Assembly (NCBI GenBank): GCA_963736005.1
Contig: CAVTNB010000001.1
Span: 608,001-672,000 of the forward strand
Reading direction: 5' to 3'
Length of the DNA stretch: 64,000 nucleotides
Source of the DNA: an uncultured Pseudomonadota bacterium
Lineage (GTDB): Bacteria; Vulcanimicrobiota; Vulcanimicrobiia; Eremiobacterales; Eremiobacteraceae
Made by a program: the position numbers and the translations under genes. The notes beneath the pieces were generated by a model that saw nothing but the letters and a program-made list of their open reading frames with translations, searched no databases and was not told the DNA's origin. Positions 9,809 through 19,487 of this stretch are shown here, piece by piece; within the stretch, counting starts at the first letter, position 1, and the number at the start of each line of letters is the position of its first letter.

Positions 9809-11306
9809 TTCTTCCAGCGCGGTCACCCGAGTGCTCACGAGGCACGACCTGCCGCAACCGCGGCGTGCGCTTGGACGCATGTTGCGTCGCCTGCTCGTAG
9901 GCGTGCGCAACGCCAAGCATTGCAGCTTCCTCGAAGGCCGGCGCGACAATCTGCAGACCAACGGGGAGATCTCGAACATAGCCCGCCGGGACCGAGAGCG
10001 CGGGAACGCCGGCCAAGCTCATCGGGATTGTGAAGTAGTCCATGAGATACATCGCGACAGGGTCCGCAGTTTTGGCGCCCAACTCGAACGGCGGGCACGA
10101 TACCGCAGGACACGCGATGACGTCGCAGGTCGCAAAAGCCTCGTCGAAGTCCCTCTTGATGAGCGTACGAATTTTTTGGGCCCGCCCGTAGTAGGCATCA
10201 TAGTAGCCAGCTGAGAGCGCATACGTGCCGAGGATGACGCGGCGTTTGACCTCATCACCGAAGCCGGTTGCCCTCGTGCGCTCGAACATGGCGAACACGT
10301 CGCCACCATCTTCCACGCGGCGTCCATAACGGGCTCCGTCGTAGCGGGCAAGATTGGACGAACATTCCGCTGGTGCGATGAGATAGTACGTCGCGAGACC
10401 GTAGCGTGCATGCGGCAATCGCACGTCAATCAGCTGCGCGCCTAGTCGCTCGAGGTCCGCGTATGCAGCTTTGTACAGCGCTGCAAGCGCCTGGTCGCTC
10501 TTTCCGATCTGCTCTTCAAATTCGGCAACGATTCCCACTCGGATACCTGCGAGGTCCGGACGGAGAAACGTGCTGTACTTGGGCACAGCCGTGTCGACGC
10601 TTGTTGAATCAAGCGGATCGTGGCCTGCGATCACCTCAAGCGTTTGTGCAGCATCGCGGACGTCGGCCGTCATTGGCCCTGCCTGGTCAAGCGATGAGGC
10701 AAAGGCGATCAAACCGTATCGCGATACCCGGCCGTACGTCGGCTTGACCCCAACAATATTGCAAAATGCTGCCGGTTCGCGAATCGATCCACCGGTGTCG
10801 GTGCCAAGCGCGATAGGAACGGTGCCGGCGCCGACCGTGCTCGCACTGCCTCCTGATGATCCACCAGGTACTCGGGTCGTATCCCAAGGGTTGCGCGTGG
10901 GAAAAAACGCCGAGTTCTCACAGGACGAGCCCATCGCGAACTCGTCCATGTTCGTCTTCCCGATGATCACCGCACCCGCGTCCTCGAGTTTTTGAACTAC
11001 TGTGGCTGAATACGGCGAGCGAAAATTTTCCAGGATTCTCGATCCAGCTGTTGTGATTTCGCCCGCGACGCAAAAAATGTCCTTAACCGCGACGGGGATG
11101 CCCGCAAGCGGCCCCAGGTCTTTGCCCGCTGCAATAGCGTCGTCGATCTTCTGGGCTCTGGCAAGAGCGCGCTCGGGAGTGAGCCTCACGTAGGCTGAAA
11201 GTTGTGGCTCGAGCGCTTGCGCATCGCGAAGCGCCGCTTGGGCGACCTCAAGCGCGCTCCTCTGCTTGCGAGCAATCGCCTCTCGTATTTCGTGTCCAGT
11301 TTTCAT
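9726..11306 (-). CDS. gatA: Asp/Glu-tRNA amidotransferase subunit A (3' end probably extended by an indel)
   Basis: Amidase signature GGSSGGS, DTGGSIR. Confidence 0.93.
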   Translation of the reverse strand: MKTGHEIREAIARKQRSALEVAQAALRDAQALEPQLSAYVRLTPERALARAQKIDDAIAAGKDLGPLAGIPVAVKDIFCVAGEITTAGSRILENFRSPYSATVVQKLEDAGAVIIGKTNMDEFAMGSSCENSAFFPTRNPWDTTRVPGGSSGGSASTVGAGTVPIALGTDTGGSIREPAAFCNIVGVKPTYGRVSRYGLIAFASSLDQAGPMTADVRDAAQTLEVIAGHDPLDSTSVDTAVPKYSTFLRPDLAGIRVGIVAEFEEQIGKSDQALAALYKAAYADLERLGAQLIDVRLPHARYGLATYYLIAPAECSSNLARYDGARYGRRVEDGGDVFAMFERTRATGFGDEVKRRVILGTYALSAGYYDAYYGRAQKIRTLIKRDFDEAFATCDVIACPAVSCPPFELGAKTADPVAMYLMDYFTIPMSLAGVPALSVPAGYVRDLPVGLQIVAPAFEEAAMLGVAHAYEQATQHASKRTPRLRQVVPREHSGDRAGRNALRTGHRPRSARRALDQEQDVLRLPQ

Positions 11307-11317
11307 GCTTGTTTCGC

Positions 11318-11605
11318 CTACTCGAGGATCCGCGGCGTCTTGAAGAATGGCCCGTCTCGGTCGGGAGCATTCTCAAGGGCTTCCTCTCGGCTCAAGCAAG
11401 GCCTCAGCTCGTCATCACGCACGACGTTTTGCAAGGGAATGACTTGTGCTGTGGCTGGTATCTCGGACACGTCAAGTTGCTGCAGCTCTTTGATGAATTC
11501 GAAGAGCCGCGAAAACTGAGCGGAAAAGCGCGCGGCCTCTTCTTTGGTAAGGTCGATGCGCGCTAGCTTCGCGACGTGGTCGATGTCAATCGGAGTGTCA
11601 GCCAT
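11318..11605 (-). CDS. gatC: Asp/Glu-tRNA amidotransferase subunit C
   Basis: HVAKLARI...NAP...FFKTPRI; directly upstream of gatA. Confidence 0.95.
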   Translation of the reverse strand: MADTPIDIDHVAKLARIDLTKEEAARFSAQFSRLFEFIKELQQLDVSEIPATAQVIPLQNVVRDDELRPCLSREEALENAPDRDGPFFKTPRILE

Positions 11606-11628
11606 AGTTTGTATTTAGCCAAGCGGAG

Positions 11629-12999
11629 CTAAAGGTCCGCTGATCTTGTGAAGTCGGCTAGGGTTTCCACGTGACCCGTGAACGGAAACATATCGAAGGG
11701 TCGTACCGAGCGCAGCGTATAGCCAGCATCGACGAGACGGCGAGCATCTCTGGCAAGGGTTGCGGGATTGCACGAGAGGTAAAGAAGACGCGCGACGCTC
11801 GCAGCCGCTAAGGCGTCGAGCTCTGCCGGTTCGCAGCCGCGTCGTGGTGGATCGAGGATGACCACATCCGCGCCTTCCAGCAGCGTTCGCCCGCGCTCCC
11901 CGCTCACTGCTTCCAGCACGCTTGCGCATTCAAAGGCGGCGCTTGTGATGCCGTTGATCGCCGCGTTAGCGGCCGCTTCGTCAACAGCACCACGAGACGA
12001 CTCCACCCCCGTGGCCGCAATCCCGCGCTTTCCCGCCAGCACTGCGAAGGTCCCCACACCGCAGTAAAGATCGACAATTCGGCGCGCGCCCGCCAGCTCG
12101 TCCAGCACAATAGCGGCGATCCGTTCAAGCATGCCGGTATTGATTTGGAAAAATGAAGCCACACCAAAATGGAAGGTGGCGCCTGCAACCCGTTCGATCG
12201 TCTCGGGCGAACCCCACAAGGTTGCAAACCGCCGGCCGAAGATCGCGTTGGCGCTTGATGGATCCCAACTTGCTGCAAGTCCTGTCAAGGTGGGAATCGC
12301 GTGGCGCAGTGCGTCGACACATGAACTGAGATCAGCCCGCTCCCGTGACGTGCACAGGGCGAGCACGAGCGTCTTTTGAGCGACACCGGTTCGCACGACC
12401 ACATGTCGCACGTCGCGCAGCAGCCGTGGCGTCTTCTTCACCAGGGCAACAAAAGCCCGGACTGCATCATCGAGCCAGGGAAGCAACACGGGGCAATTCG
12501 CGATGGGGACGACCCGATGCGAGCGTGCCGCGTAGAACCCAACGGCCGCGCTGTCACGGCTCGACTCACCGACGAGGCTCACCTTGTTTCGGTATCGAGT
12601 CGAATCAAAAAAGTCGCTGCCAACGGTCGGTTGCACCCGAACCCCTTCCAATCGGGCGATTCGCGCAAGCGCATCCGCGACGAGCCGCTGTTTCCAGCGG
12701 AGTTGGGCTTCGTATCGCAAGTGGAGCGTCTGACAGCCTCCACAACGAGGAAAAACGGGGCAGACCGACTCGATGCGATCCTGTGAGGCGTGGACGATGT
12801 CGACGGCGTGCGCGCTGACGTAGTTCGGTTTTACCGCATCGACGGCAATCCGGACATCCTCGCCTGGTAGAGCACCGGTGACGAAGGCAACGAGCTTCTC
12901 ATCGCGGCCCACACCTTGGCCGTTTGCCAGAAGATCGTCGATATGGAGCGTGTGTGAGGTAAGGTCGCGGGGTGCCGGTTTACCCGCGGCGCTGCTCAT
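11629..12999 (-). CDS. rlmD: 23S rRNA (uracil-C5)-methyltransferase, RlmD/TrmA family
   Basis: TRAM domain, C..F..CGGC cluster motif, FFQIN, DPPR, YLSCNPATLARD, DMFP.T.HVE. Confidence 0.9.
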   Translation of the reverse strand: MSSAAGKPAPRDLTSHTLHIDDLLANGQGVGRDEKLVAFVTGALPGEDVRIAVDAVKPNYVSAHAVDIVHASQDRIESVCPVFPRCGGCQTLHLRYEAQLRWKQRLVADALARIARLEGVRVQPTVGSDFFDSTRYRNKVSLVGESSRDSAAVGFYAARSHRVVPIANCPVLLPWLDDAVRAFVALVKKTPRLLRDVRHVVVRTGVAQKTLVLALCTSRERADLSSCVDALRHAIPTLTGLAASWDPSSANAIFGRRFATLWGSPETIERVAGATFHFGVASFFQINTGMLERIAAIVLDELAGARRIVDLYCGVGTFAVLAGKRGIAATGVESSRGAVDEAAANAAINGITSAAFECASVLEAVSGERGRTLLEGADVVILDPPRRGCEPAELDALAAASVARLLYLSCNPATLARDARRLVDAGYTLRSVRPFDMFPFTGHVETLADFTRSADL

Positions 13000-13180
13000 C
13001 AAGAGTCTTGAGGAGTTGGTCAGCTTCGCCGATGAGTGCGCGAATTCTGTCTCGTGTGGGATTGGCCGTTTCGTGTTCGAGCAAAGAGCGGACAAGCCGG
13101 TACGTGGCGTATGCCGACAGCAAGAAAGCGGCGGTCCAAAGAACAGGATACACTTGTTTCGCGCTCATGCTTGTCTCCAT
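12980..13180 (-). CDS. Small hypothetical single-TM protein
   Basis: One TM helix plus amphipathic tail; overlaps both neighbours. Confidence 0.55.
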   Translation of the reverse strand: METSMSAKQVYPVLWTAAFLLSAYATYRLVRSLLEHETANPTRDRIRALIGEADQLLKTLDEQRRG

Positions 13181-13416
13181 TTAGGCGCCGCCTGCGCCAG
13201 GTCCCTCTCGCTTGCAACGCTTTCACGCGGTAACTGATAGCGGTCGAGCAGGCACACAGCATGTGGGGACGCGCCGAACAGTATCCGACGCCCATCGACA
13301 TCGATCGCATAGAGCGTCACACCTGCGGCGAGTGGCTGCACGCACGCCACGTGGATGATCTTCTTTCGCCCGCCCCCAAAAACGTGTGACATCCATCGCT
13401 CGAGTCTGTGGATCAT
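13165..13416 (-). CDS. FliO-like cytoplasmic domain protein
   Basis: IHV...QPL...TLYAIDVDGRRILFGAS resembles the FliO beta region; no TM. Confidence 0.5.
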   Translation of the reverse strand: MIHRLERWMSHVFGGGRKKIIHVACVQPLAAGVTLYAIDVDGRRILFGASPHAVCLLDRYQLPRESVASERDLAQAAPKWRQA

Positions 13417-14525
13417 GTCGTTCGCAACCTTTGACTTGGGACAAGCCAGCGTAACAGACCCTTCCTCCCCTCAATCGTAAAGCCGTGCTCGATTGCGTGG
13501 TGAGGCAAAGACGCGAGTATTGCGTCGTCCGTTAACCGCATCGCTCGCTGGGTCTCTTCGCGTGCAAAGGGCAAGGACGCTATGAATGCATGCAACATGT
13601 CGAGGAGAAGCGCTTCGGCTCCCGTTTGCGCGAGCATACCAGGATTTTGCTCGTCCACGACCTTGGTACCCAAAAGCGCATTCAAAAGCGCCGCCCCGCT
13701 CGGTTCGTCCGCAACCAGAATCACTGCACCACCGGCGTGGTTCGGTACGCCCAGGCGAAGCCACCCTTGCGGCATTGTGGGTGACGACAGCTGCTCTATG
13801 TGGGGCGGATCGAACGTGACAACTTTCCGCAGGGTTCGCTCGAGCGCCGCTCGTGCGTTTTCGAGTGACGCCTCAAGACCTACGCCCGCGACTTCTCTCG
13901 ATCGCGCCGCTGCACCGACCGGCACCCTTGCCTGCGCGGCGTGCCCAAAAATGTGTGGTGGCGGCGCTGCTTGGTGCGTATCTGGCGCGTTAAGACCTAT
14001 CTGCCAATGATAGCTCTGCGCTCCGACCGCCAGCGTTCCCCCACCCAAGGGCGTCTTTTGTTTGAAGGCAGACACGTGCTCGACCGTGAGTGGCGGTACA
14101 AGATCGAGCACCTCAGCCATCACGGTAAACACCTGCCCAGCGGCGGCCGCTGCAACGCGCATTGCTTTCGATCCTAAACCAACTCTGCTAGGGTCGCCTT
14201 CACCACCGATCATCGCGTCGGCGAGGCAAGCGGCGAGCAGCGAGTCTATCGTGAACCAATACTCGACGCCTTGGCTGCGTCCGCAGTACATCGTTCGCTC
14301 GGAGGTGAGCTCGACGACATCAGTACTGGCACACCGAACCGGGCGATTCAGATACGTGGCGAGCTGTTGGGTGATCATCGGACCAAGACCACCGCTCGCA
14401 GACAGCTGCGACAGCTTGCGCCTCGCCAGCTCAACATGAGGGGTCGAGTCAGGCACGCCGGCGGCGGCGGGCTCTGCAAGCCGTTCGAGCAGGCCTTCCA
14501 CTTGCGCGTCGTTTAGTCTGGCCAC
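13413..14525 (-). CDS. Divergent FliM/FliY (CheC-fold)-like protein
   Basis: N-terminal LNDAQVEGLL resembles the FliM CheY-binding peptide; LADAMIGG and LLNALLG suggest two CheC-like halves. Confidence 0.4.
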   Translation of the reverse strand: MARLNDAQVEGLLERLAEPAAAGVPDSTPHVELARRKLSQLSASGGLGPMITQQLATYLNRPVRCASTDVVELTSERTMYCGRSQGVEYWFTIDSLLAACLADAMIGGEGDPSRVGLGSKAMRVAAAAAGQVFTVMAEVLDLVPPLTVEHVSAFKQKTPLGGGTLAVGAQSYHWQIGLNAPDTHQAAPPPHIFGHAAQARVPVGAAARSREVAGVGLEASLENARAALERTLRKVVTFDPPHIEQLSSPTMPQGWLRLGVPNHAGGAVILVADEPSGAALLNALLGTKVVDEQNPGMLAQTGAEALLLDMLHAFIASLPFAREETQRAMRLTDDAILASLPHHAIEHGFTIEGRKGLLRWLVPSQRLRTT

Positions 14526-14872
14526 GGCGTGGGCTCGGCTCGAGCGGCGCGGCGCGCGAGACCTACCCGAGCCGTTGCCCAGCGCGCCTTTTCTTTTGCG
14601 AAGCGTGCTCCATCAGCCAGGATCGCACGTTGGGCGATCGATATGGCGGAGGAGGCTGCCGCACTCCACAGGGTGTGGTTGGTAACCATTGCACAGTCAA
14701 ATGCACTCCACAAGCGCCGAGCATGGAGAATTCTTTTTGCGGCAGCGGATTGGGCGAGCACCGCGTTGCGCTGAGCGCGAAGCACAAGAAGTCTGGCATG
14801 CAGAGCGGCGAGTTGCGCGCCCGCTGCACGCTCGAGGAGCCCGATTGACTGTAAAGTTCTCGAGCGCTTCAC
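14513..14872 (-). CDS. Hypothetical helical protein (possibly FliJ-like)
   Basis: 119 aa Ala/Arg-rich coiled-coil pattern; GTGA overlap with purA stop. Confidence 0.4.
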   Translation of the reverse strand: MKRSRTLQSIGLLERAAGAQLAALHARLLVLRAQRNAVLAQSAAAKRILHARRLWSAFDCAMVTNHTLWSAAASSAISIAQRAILADGARFAKEKARWATARVGLARRAARAEPTPWPD

Positions 14873-16146
14873 CGAACGTGGGCGGGAATGGCAACGGGCG
14901 CGCCGGGCCGCACGATGATTTGCATGCGCTCGGGCCCGACGGAAACATACGAAACGGGAACGCCCGCGAAGCTCTCGATGAGCCCGATGTACTCGCGCGC
15001 GTTATACGGGAGATCATCCCACGAGTGGGCGCTAACGGTTGGCTTGAGCCATCCCGGCACCGTTTCGTAGATGGGCGTCGCACCGCGGGCAATCACGAAC
15101 GGCCACGATCCTTCGCTTGGGTTGTCATAGCCCGTGCACACCGAAATTTGGTAGAAGGTGTCGAGGACGTCAAGCTTTGTAAGGGCAAGGTGGGTGATGC
15201 CGCTGATCTGCACAGCATAGCGCAGCGCGACGAGATCAAGCCATCCGCAGCGGCGCGGCCGCCCTGTGACGACGCCAAACTCTGCGCCACGCTTTCGCAA
15301 TTCTTCGCCTTGCTGATCTTGCAGTTCCGTTGGCAACGGCCCACCGCCCACTCGCGTTTGGTACGCTTTGACAACGCCAAGAACGCAGTCCACTTCCTTG
15401 GGGCCAAAGCCGAGTCCCGAACAAGCGCCTCCCGCGATCGTCACCGATGATGTCACATATGGATAGGTGCCGAAGTTGACGTCGAGGAGTGAACCTTGCG
15501 CGCCTTCAGCAAGCACGTGCTTGCCCGCGCGAAGTTCTTCATGGAGCAACGCGACCGTGTCACGGACGTGAGGCACGATTCTCGCCGCTTGACGGGTCAG
15601 CTCGGCCACCGTGGCATCCAAGTCTAACACGATCCCGTGCGAGCGGAGTTCTTGGGTGCGGGCAAACAGCGCCTGACGAGCGCGGCGCATATCGAGGAGT
15701 TCTCCCGCGCGCATCCCGGTGCGCGCAACTCGATCGACGTATGCCGGACCGATGCCGTTGCCGGTCGTACCGAGCGCGTCTTGACCTCGCTCGCGCTCTG
15801 CCGCCTTGTCGATCTCGATGTGATACGGCAAGATCAAATGTGCCAAATCCGATACCCAGACGCGAGAGGTGTCGACCCCGTTGAATTCCAGTGTGTCCAA
15901 CTCGGCCACGAGAGCCGTCGGCGACACGACAGTTCCCGGTCCGATGATGCAGTGCTCAACTCCCGCGACCACACCGCTTGGAACAATCCGTAGTTTGTAC
16001 GTCTTGTCGGCGACGCGCACGGTGTGCCCGGCGTTTGAACCTCCGCCGAAACGCGCAACGACGCTGGCGCCGCGGGAAAGGAAGTCGACAATGCGCCCTT
16101 TGCCTTCATCACCCCATTGGACACCGAGGACAAGGGTTACCGACAT
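14869..16146 (-). CDS. purA: Adenylosuccinate synthetase
   Basis: QWGDEGKG, GGSNAGHT, EGAQG, TGRPRRCGWLD. Confidence 0.97.
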   Translation of the reverse strand: MSVTLVLGVQWGDEGKGRIVDFLSRGASVVARFGGGSNAGHTVRVADKTYKLRIVPSGVVAGVEHCIIGPGTVVSPTALVAELDTLEFNGVDTSRVWVSDLAHLILPYHIEIDKAAERERGQDALGTTGNGIGPAYVDRVARTGMRAGELLDMRRARQALFARTQELRSHGIVLDLDATVAELTRQAARIVPHVRDTVALLHEELRAGKHVLAEGAQGSLLDVNFGTYPYVTSSVTIAGGACSGLGFGPKEVDCVLGVVKAYQTRVGGGPLPTELQDQQGEELRKRGAEFGVVTGRPRRCGWLDLVALRYAVQISGITHLALTKLDVLDTFYQISVCTGYDNPSEGSWPFVIARGATPIYETVPGWLKPTVSAHSWDDLPYNAREYIGLIESFAGVPVSYVSVGPERMQIIVRPGAPVAIPAHVR

Positions 16147-16153
16147 GCGTCGT

Positions 16154-17509
16154 TCAGGGCCGCATGGGCCAGATGGCTGCGGTCGTATTATGCAGGTTGC
16201 TTCCGCCACGGCTTGGCGGCAGGGGTGAGGTGTACCCCATCACGCGACTGAGAACGAGCTCTGCATACAGCGAACATGCCCATCCAAAATTCGAGCGGGT
16301 AAACTTGGTTGGGTCGTTTGGATCGAACGACTCATGCATCAAGTGGTCGCCTGTATCGGACGCGCGCAATTCCCCCAACACCGCGTCGACCTCTTTGGGG
16401 TCTTGCGCGGTCAGACCTTGCACGGCGAGCGCCAGCGGCCAAATGTACCCTTTCGGCGTGTGCGGGCTACCCACGCCGCTTGCAATCTTGCCTGCGAAAT
16501 AATACGGGTTGTCGCTTGAGAGCACAAAGCGCCGCGTATTCTGATAGATCGCCTGATCGGCCGGGTACTGCAAGTATGGAATTGAAAGCAAACTGGGCAC
16601 GTTTGCGTCGTCCATCAAATTGGAATGACCCAGGCCATCGACTTCGTACGCGTAGATGTACCCATACTTGGGCGTGTACACAATGCCGTAGTTGTTGATA
16701 CCATCGACGATCCCGTCGCGCAGTGCCGTCACCTCAGCTGACATTTTCCCATCGTGCCAGAGGTTTGTCTCGAGGTCCGCTAGCTCGGAAAGCGCCACCG
16801 CGGCAAACATGTTCGAGGGAATGTTGTAACCGTACAGCGCGGGATCATCGCTTGGACGGAATCCCGTCCACACCATCCCCGTGTATCCGACAGCGCTCCC
16901 AGCACCGCCGTTGGGAAGCGAGCGGTGGCGGTATTGCGAGAGCGAGTGGTCGCGCTCCAACTCCATGAGGAAGACTGCCCGTTCGTATGCCGCTTTGGTC
17001 TGTGGCGTGAACGCACTCGTGTCGCCAGTTTGCTTCCAATAGTTCCATGCCAGAACCATGGGATAGGCGAGCGAGTCGAGTTCGAATTTTTCCTCGGTGA
17101 CTTGATAGTCTCGGTTAAACGCATTAGCGTAGGGATCGATAAGGATGTTCTTTGCCTCGCGGGCAATCACGCCGCGCAACATGTCGCGGACGGCTGGATC
17201 TTGCGCGAAGAAGAGATACGGTCGCATTTGCGCGCTTGCATCGCGCAACCACATGGCCCCGATATCTCCGGTGATGACATAGGTCGTCTTGTCGGACGCA
17301 AAACTGACGTCGTAGCGGATGGTGGAAAGCAGACACTGCGAATAAATCTGCCCGGCATCCGGCGCACCCCGGTATTGCGTCGCCGCTTTCGAGATGGCAT
17401 CCAGCTCGGCTGTTTGAGCACCGCTTGGACGCAATAGGACGCAGACCGCGAGCATAAAAAAAAGCGCGGCGAGTCGCCTGTTCAACGTGTCGCTTGCCTC
17501 GATGGTCAC
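16154..17509 (-). CDS. Glycoside hydrolase family 125 (exo-alpha-1,6-mannosidase-like), secreted
   Basis: TGDIGAMWLRDA, DPYANAF, FRPSDD, MDDANVPSLLS, MHESF. Confidence 0.9.
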   Translation of the reverse strand: MTIEASDTLNRRLAALFFMLAVCVLLRPSGAQTAELDAISKAATQYRGAPDAGQIYSQCLLSTIRYDVSFASDKTTYVITGDIGAMWLRDASAQMRPYLFFAQDPAVRDMLRGVIAREAKNILIDPYANAFNRDYQVTEEKFELDSLAYPMVLAWNYWKQTGDTSAFTPQTKAAYERAVFLMELERDHSLSQYRHRSLPNGGAGSAVGYTGMVWTGFRPSDDPALYGYNIPSNMFAAVALSELADLETNLWHDGKMSAEVTALRDGIVDGINNYGIVYTPKYGYIYAYEVDGLGHSNLMDDANVPSLLSIPYLQYPADQAIYQNTRRFVLSSDNPYYFAGKIASGVGSPHTPKGYIWPLALAVQGLTAQDPKEVDAVLGELRASDTGDHLMHESFDPNDPTKFTRSNFGWACSLYAELVLSRVMGYTSPLPPSRGGSNLHNTTAAIWPMRP

Positions 17510-17607
17510 GCGTCTTGCTTCCTCTTCCTATATGAAAGAGGTCGGCAGACGCTTGGTTGTTACTCACAAACGCTTGTTCGGTCCTGCGGGATTCTTTTTA
17601 CGGTCTT

Positions 17608-18681
17608 TTAGCCGGTGGTGGGGAGTGTGACGGTGATCCGGTTTGGTCGTCCCTTGGCGACAGCCAGCTTGCCACCATGTGCTTCGATGACAACTTTTGA
17701 GATCGCAAGACCGAGTCCAACTCTTCCATCGAACCCTCGGCTAAACGGCCGCCCAAGCGCCTGCCGCAGGGCCGGCGGAAAACCAGTGCCCCGATCCGCA
17801 ATCGTGATCGTGCAGGCTGTTTGGTCGGCCCGCACGTTCACCCTCACGATACTCTTGGGAGGCGCGTGGCGCACCGCGTTGTCTAATAGATTAAGGAACA
17901 CTTGAAGGCAGCGGTTTCGATCGGCCGTGACCGACCCTTGCCCCGCAATGGTTATGGAAATCTCTTTGGCACGCGCGATATCCGCTATGGACTCGGTCGC
18001 CTTGCGGATGAGAGGAGCGACATCAAAGGACTCGCGCCGCAAGTGCAGATGGCCGGCCGTCCACGCACCGATGTCGATCAACCCTTCAGCGAGTTGGGTG
18101 AGCCGACGAGACTCCTCGATGATGATTTCGATGGATCGCGCTCGTCCTACCTCATCCAGCTGCGCGCCTTGAAGGCGCTCGGCAAACCCCACGATCGCCG
18201 TGAGTGGCGTGCGCAGCTCGTGGGTGACGGCGGCCAGCACGATAGCGCGCTGCTCCTCAATCCGCGCAACAACGGCCGCACCGCGCACAGCTTGGCGCAG
18301 GGCAAAAAGCGGCGACTGTCCGTCGAGTTCGAGCACGGTCCATCCGCATCGCACGGCGCGCTCTTCTTTCAGGGGGCTCGCGTCTTTCCTTTCCCGATCG
18401 CGCCTTACGTCAAGTGCACGCTCGACTGCCCGGCGAAGTCGTTCGGCGGCGAGCCCAAGATCAGCATCCGCGATCAGTGCCTTGCGCCGCCGAGCCTGCG
18501 CGACGAGCAGGGCGATGAACCACTGTGCGCCCGTGCCGGCTGCGGCAAGATCTTCCTTGCGAAGCACAGTCCCCAAAGATGCTCTCAACGCTGCTGCGAT
18601 GGCCCGCTTGTTCTGGGCTTGGCGTGCTCTGGCCGGGGCTCCCTTCCTGCTTTGCGAGCTCGCAAATTCGATGTAGAGCAA
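17608..18681 (-). CDS. Cytoplasmic sensor histidine kinase with degenerate GGDEF-like input domain
   Basis: HELRTPLT H-box, NLLDNA N-box, DRGTG, GLGL; frame stays open upstream to about 18777, so start uncertain. Confidence 0.85.
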   Translation of the reverse strand: MLYIEFASSQSRKGAPARARQAQNKRAIAAALRASLGTVLRKEDLAAAGTGAQWFIALLVAQARRRKALIADADLGLAAERLRRAVERALDVRRDRERKDASPLKEERAVRCGWTVLELDGQSPLFALRQAVRGAAVVARIEEQRAIVLAAVTHELRTPLTAIVGFAERLQGAQLDEVGRARSIEIIIEESRRLTQLAEGLIDIGAWTAGHLHLRRESFDVAPLIRKATESIADIARAKEISITIAGQGSVTADRNRCLQVFLNLLDNAVRHAPPKSIVRVNVRADQTACTITIADRGTGFPPALRQALGRPFSRGFDGRVGLGLAISKVVIEAHGGKLAVAKGRPNRITVTLPTTG

Positions 18682-18773
18682 AGGGACCGCCGGACGCGAG
18701 CGCGCGAGTGGCTTCAGGCGAGCAGCAACGTCGCCGAGGTCAGGTAAGCGCGAGGCGAGATTACGTCGGTTCG

Positions 18774-19487
18774 CTATTTTGGCGCGGTGAATTTGTATCC
18801 CAGCCCGTGAATCGTGTGGAGATAGCGCGGGTGCGTCGCTGGGTCCCCAAGCGCGCGTCGAATCCTGCGCACGTGCACGTCAACCGTACGCGGATCGCCT
18901 TCGAAGTCAAAACCCCAGACGGCTTCGATAAGCTGGTCGCGCGTGAAAACATGCCCCTCGTTGCGCGCAAACAACCACAGGAGATCGAACTCTCGAGGTT
19001 TGAGACGGATACCTCGACCGGAGATCGTCACTTCGCGCCGGTCGGCATCAACGCTCACCTCTCCGATGCACCTGACTTTGGCGGGCGATGGTGGTTCGAC
19101 GCCCGTCCGCCGAAGAATGGCTCTCACCCGAGCTGTGAACTCGCGCGGTGAGAATGGCTTGCTGAGGTAATCATCCGCACCGATCTCAAGACCGACAATC
19201 TTGTCCACCTCATCGCCTCGCGCCGAGACGACGATAATTGGCGCCGAGGTCTCTTTGCGCAGCGCGCGGCAGACCTCAAATCCGTCGAGTCCCGGGAGAC
19301 CAATGTCGAGCACGATGACGTCGGGTCCATATTGGCGAGCACGCCGCAGTGCGGCCAAGCCGTCAGCTGCGACAACCGGCGTGAATCCTTCGGCTGCAAG
19401 CGCAGCACTCAACAGCTCGGCAACGTGCGGTTCGTCGTCGACGATGAGCGCGCACCCTCGCGCGCCGACCTTCGTTGTTGTGCTCAT
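18774..19487 (-). CDS. OmpR/PhoB family response regulator
   Basis: VDDE, LDIGLP, GADDYLSKPF, RTVDVHVRR, GLGYKF. Confidence 0.95.
   Translation of the reverse strand: MSTTTKVGARGCALIVDDEPHVAELLSAALAAEGFTPVVAADGLAALRRARQYGPDVIVLDIGLPGLDGFEVCRALRKETSAPIIVVSARGDEVDKIVGLEIGADDYLSKPFSPREFTARVRAILRRTGVEPPSPAKVRCIGEVSVDADRREVTISGRGIRLKPREFDLLWLFARNEGHVFTRDQLIEAVWGFDFEGDPRTVDVHVRRIRRALGDPATHPRYLHTIHGLGYKFTAPK

Noticed and set aside
18681..18790. Response regulator-kinase fusion by -1 frameshift
   Set aside because: The kinase frame is open across the regulator stop, but the regulator ends normally and no strong slippery heptamer is present; an upstream non-canonical or TTG start is simpler
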